A stretch of 64,000 nt of DNA from assembly GCF_032444005.1 (NCBI RefSeq), contig NC_091287.1, forward strand, positions 66,092,001-66,156,000. Direction: 5' to 3'. This DNA is from Ranitomeya imitator. Lineage: Eukaryota. The position numbers and the translations under genes are program-made. Below the pieces are notes generated by a model, which searched no databases, was not told the DNA's origin, and saw only the letters and a program-made list of their open reading frames with translations. Below are positions 60,406 to 64,000 of the stretch, one piece after another (within the stretch, counting starts at the first letter, position 1; the number at the start of each line of letters is the position of its first letter).

Positions 60406-61101
60406 AGATACCTTCACACTAAACGATATCGCTAGTGATCCGTGACGTTGCAGCGTCCTGGCTAGCGATATCGTTCTGTTTGATCTGGATCCTGCTGTGC
60501 CATCGTTGGTCGGCGCAGAAAGTCCAGAACTTTATTTTGTCGCTGGACTCCCGCAGACATCGCTGAATCGGCGTCTGTGACGTCGATTTAGCGATGTCTT
60601 CACTGGTAACTAGGGTAAACATCGGGTTACTAAGCGCAGGGCCGCGCTTAGTAACCCGATATTTACCCTGGTTACCAGTGAAAATGTAAAAAACAAACAA
60701 ACACTACATACTTACATTCCGATGTCTGTCCTCTCCGGCGCTGTGCTTCTCTGCACTGTGTAAGCGCCGGCCGGAAAGCACAGCGGTGACGTCACCGCTG
60801 TGCTCTGCTTTCCGGACGGCGCTTAGTGCAGAGAAGCAGAGCGCCGGAGAGGACACCGGAATGTAAGTATGTAGTGTTTGTTTTTTTTACGTTTACGCTG
60901 GTATCCAGGGTAAACATCGGGTTACTAAGTGCGGCCCTGCGCTTAGTAACCCGATGTTTACCCTGGTTACCAGGGGACTTCGGCATCGTTGGTCGCTGGA
61001 GAGCTGTGTGTGTGACAGCTCTCCAGCGACCACACAGCGACGCTGCAGTGATCGGGATCGTTGTCTAGATCGCTGCAGCGTCGCTTAATGTGACGGTACC
61101 T
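60406..61101. mobile_element. Fold-back MITE family A, copy 4
   Basis: TTA flanks on both sides; same hairpins. Confidence 0.8.
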
Positions 61102-61559
61102 TTACCCACCAACTGGAATGATACAGCCGTGTGGTTTGACAAACATTTATTCTCAGAACTGTGCTTGTTCACACTGTCTAAACAACCATGAACAAGGCTC
61201 ATAGGAGCTGAAACGCGTTGGTTGCATCCACTGTGACCAGAACCGCACTTACCATGTCTTTCTGGATGTGATTTATTTCTTCAATAAAATTGGACATTTT
61301 ACTTACCCTGCTTCCACGCTGGATTTTTCCTCTTTGATGGCCTCAGCCGGATCCCATGCTTTTCCGTGCGCTTCTCAGCAGGATTGTGGCTGCATCAATG
61401 CTGAGCTGACTCTCCTTTTCCCCTTCTCCACTTGTTTCCATTACATGATTTGTGACATTTAACTGTGGTATTAAACTCCAAAAAACTGCTTCACCTGCTG
61501 CACGTGACCATTTTTTTTTTTTTCATGAAAAGTAAACTTGGTTTCTAGAGACCAAGCAA

Positions 61560-62989
61560 TTCGAAAATACGTGCGGTAAGGGACGGGGAAGTAGAAGTAC
61601 TGATAATGGTGCAAGAAGACGCCAAGATGCGACAACACCTGTTGCTGTAGTGTACAAGCACGCCCATCCACGACACACAGGTTCCTGTCCCATTTTGCAG
61701 GGAGGCATGGTAGACCACTTCTGAAGCCAGGGCAGGGCGAACAGGTGGTGAAATGGAGAGCGGATAAGGCTTCCAGCAAGCTTGGCAGCACCACGCAGTC
61801 TTCCACACAGTCCAGTCTCACCAGCCAACAGTCTGGATCACATAATCGTCACCATGATGCTCATTCCGCCTACCACATTGAGTCCCAGGTTCTCACAATA
61901 GGACACTCCGAGGAGCTGTCTACAACATTTCTTGATTGTGGCCTCTCAACCAGCATGCTCCCAGAGTGACAGGAGGACATGCTGTTTAGTGATGCAGTCA
62001 CGGCCACAAAAAATGATGATGGGGAACAGCAAAATTTTTTTTGAGGAAGATGATGAGACACAGTTGTTGATAAGTCAGGTGGTTGTTAAGTTACCAAGTC
62101 AGGAGGACCAGGGTGCGGTGGTGGATGACAAAGTCAACTACCCAACCTGGGAATCTGACATGCAGAACGGAGGCCAGCAGCGCCAAGGGGGAGAAATCGG
62201 CCACGGGGCAGTGGGGTGACCAGAGGGAGAAGGCAGGCAACTGCTCCGTAGAGCACCAAACCTTCCTGAATTTAGGAGTTCCCCAGTCTGGGACGTTTTA
62301 AAGAGAGTTCTGAGAGAGAAAAAAAAAAAAAGGTCATCTGTAACCTGTGCCATGCCAAGATCAGCAGGGCCTGACCATTAAGAGCCTAACCACCACCAGC
62401 ATGATCAGGGCACAGAGTCAGGTGCTTAGATAACATGTGCCTGAACGCCTGGGTCCACGATCAGTGCCAGCGGGTGACCTCACTGCCTCTTAACCTGTGC
62501 TAGGTACTTCCCAATACCCTGTCCATGACAGTGGCGCAGATGCCTTCTGCCCTGCACATATCCTAGCACTTTCTGACGCACCATCATCAGGGACTTCCAA
62601 ATCTTTGTCCCAGCACAGTGTTCAGCTGTCCCTACCCCAGGCCTTGGAATGAAAGAAGGCGTTTGCAGCCAACTACCCACAGGCCCAAAGGCTAAACAGA
62701 CATTTCCATGTTGCTTGCCGTGGAAACGTTGCCGTTTAGGCTTGTTAACATGGAGAATTTCTGCTGACTAATGGCCCCAGCCATTCCTCGGTACCAAGAT
62801 GCCACTTTTTCTCCAAATGTGGCGTCCCCTCCTTTTACCAACATGTGTCCAGGAATATCATCGATGCCCTTATCAGCGCAGTTACTGGGATAGTCCACTT
62901 AACGACCAACAAGAGGACAAGCGTTTGCAGTCAGAGACGCTACCTTTCACACTGGGTGAACATTGTAGAGGATGGAGTGGAATCCCACC
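61560..62989 (+). pseudogene. hAT (BED-finger) transposase remnant, interrupted by an LTR
   Basis: SSPVW (62277-91), VICNLCHAKISR (62333-68) and SLTTTSMIR form a BED zinc finger; LPFRLV and VHLTT (62893-907) motifs follow; many frameshifts. Confidence 0.75.
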
Positions 62990-64000
62990 TGTTGTGAATT
63001 CTGTTGTCGGGCTCCCTCCTGTGGTCATGAATGGTACTTCGGCTGGTTCTGTCCATGAACTTTCTCTGGTGGCTGTGGGTGTTTCTGAGTTTCCTTCCAC
63101 AGGTGACGAGGTTAATTCGTTAGCTGGCTGCTCTATTTAACTCCACTTAGATCTTTGCTCCATGCCACCTGTCAATGTTCCAGTATTGGTCTAGTTCACT
63201 CCTGGATCGTTCTTGTGACCTGTCTTCCCAGCAGAAGCTAAGTGACTGCTTGTTTTTCTCTGGTTTGCTACTTTTCTGTCCAGCTTGCTATTTTGATTGT
63301 TCTTGCTTGCTGGAAGCTCTGGGACGCAGAGGGAGCGTCTCCGCACCGTGAGTCGGTGCGGAGGGTCTTTTTGCGCCCTCTGTGTGGTCTTTTTGTAGGT
63401 TTTTGTGCTGACCGCAAAGCTACCTTTCCTATCCTCAGTCTGTTCAGTAAGTCGGGCCTCACTTTGCTTAATCTATTTCATCTCTGTTTGTATTTTCATC
63501 TTTACTCACAGTCATATGTGGGGGGCTGCCTTTTCCTTTGGGGAATTTCTCTGAGGCAAGGTAGGCTTTATTTTTCTATCTTTAGGGCTAGCTAGTTCCT
63601 TAGGCTGTGCCGAGTTGCATAGGGAGCGTTAGGAGCAATCCACGGCTATTTCTAGTGTGGTTGATAGGATTAGGGATTGCGGTCAGCAGAGTTCCCACGT
63701 CCCAGAGCTCGTCCTATATTATCAGTAACTGTCAGGTCATTCCGTGTGCTCTTAACCACCAGGTCCATTATTGTCCTGACCACCAGGTCATAACAGTACA
63801 GGTGGCCCAAAGTACTAATGCATCTCAATAGAGAGATAAGAGAAGTTCTGAGACTATTTTTTCTTCTTTGCAGTGTGTTTTGTCTCTCTTTTCCCCTTTA
63901 CATCTGGGTGGTTCAGAACACAGGTGTAGACATGGACATTCAAGGTCTGTCCTCTTTGATGGATAATCTCACTATACGTGTACAAAACATTCAAGATTTT
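62990..64000 (+). mobile_element. Gypsy-like LTR retrotransposon 5' end: LTR 62990-63795, then leader and probable gag start
   Basis: TGTTGTGA...TCATAACA termini (7/8 inverted match, TG...CA). ORF from ATG at 63931 (MDIQGLSSLMDNLTIRVQNIQDF) runs off the window. The 3' LTR and TSD are not visible. Confidence 0.7.

Noticed and set aside
62558-62592. Minus-strand CUGAUGA...GAAA...CUA hammerhead-like pattern
   Set aside because: U10.1-A11.1 closing pair, 3-bp stem I, non-palindromic stem III with a 2-nt loop, and it lies antisense within hAT coding remnant; most likely chance.

Overview
Eukaryotic, repeat-rich vertebrate DNA; the repeat content suggests an anuran amphibian, but the species cannot be proven from the sequence. 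The window is the interior of one minus-strand gene, RBM33 (RNA-binding motif protein 33). I reconstructed 14 GT-AG coding exons by hand (58841 down to 4807, 3137 nt, reading frame continuous). Exon 1 lies beyond 64000; the 3' RRM-encoding exons were not found and probably lie below position 1. The introns contain: a degenerate DIRS retroelement with three younger insertions (a nearly intact DD34E Tc1 transposon, a V-SINE, a hAT MITE); CR1, L2, piggyBac, hAT, Tc1 and Gypsy remnants; many fold-back MITEs; and minisatellites, including a ~4 kb 38-bp array with higher-order structure. The most notable observations are (1) minimal type-I hammerhead ribozyme motifs in Penelope-like context, one on the RBM33 pre-mRNA strand and one family with an apparent A3:U8 swap of the catalytic C3:G8 pair, and (2) a ~150-aa G/P-F-N-Q/P repeat expansion inside an RBM33 exon. 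No prokaryotic features, rRNA, tRNA genes or CRISPR arrays were found. All family assignments come from motif recognition, not database searches.
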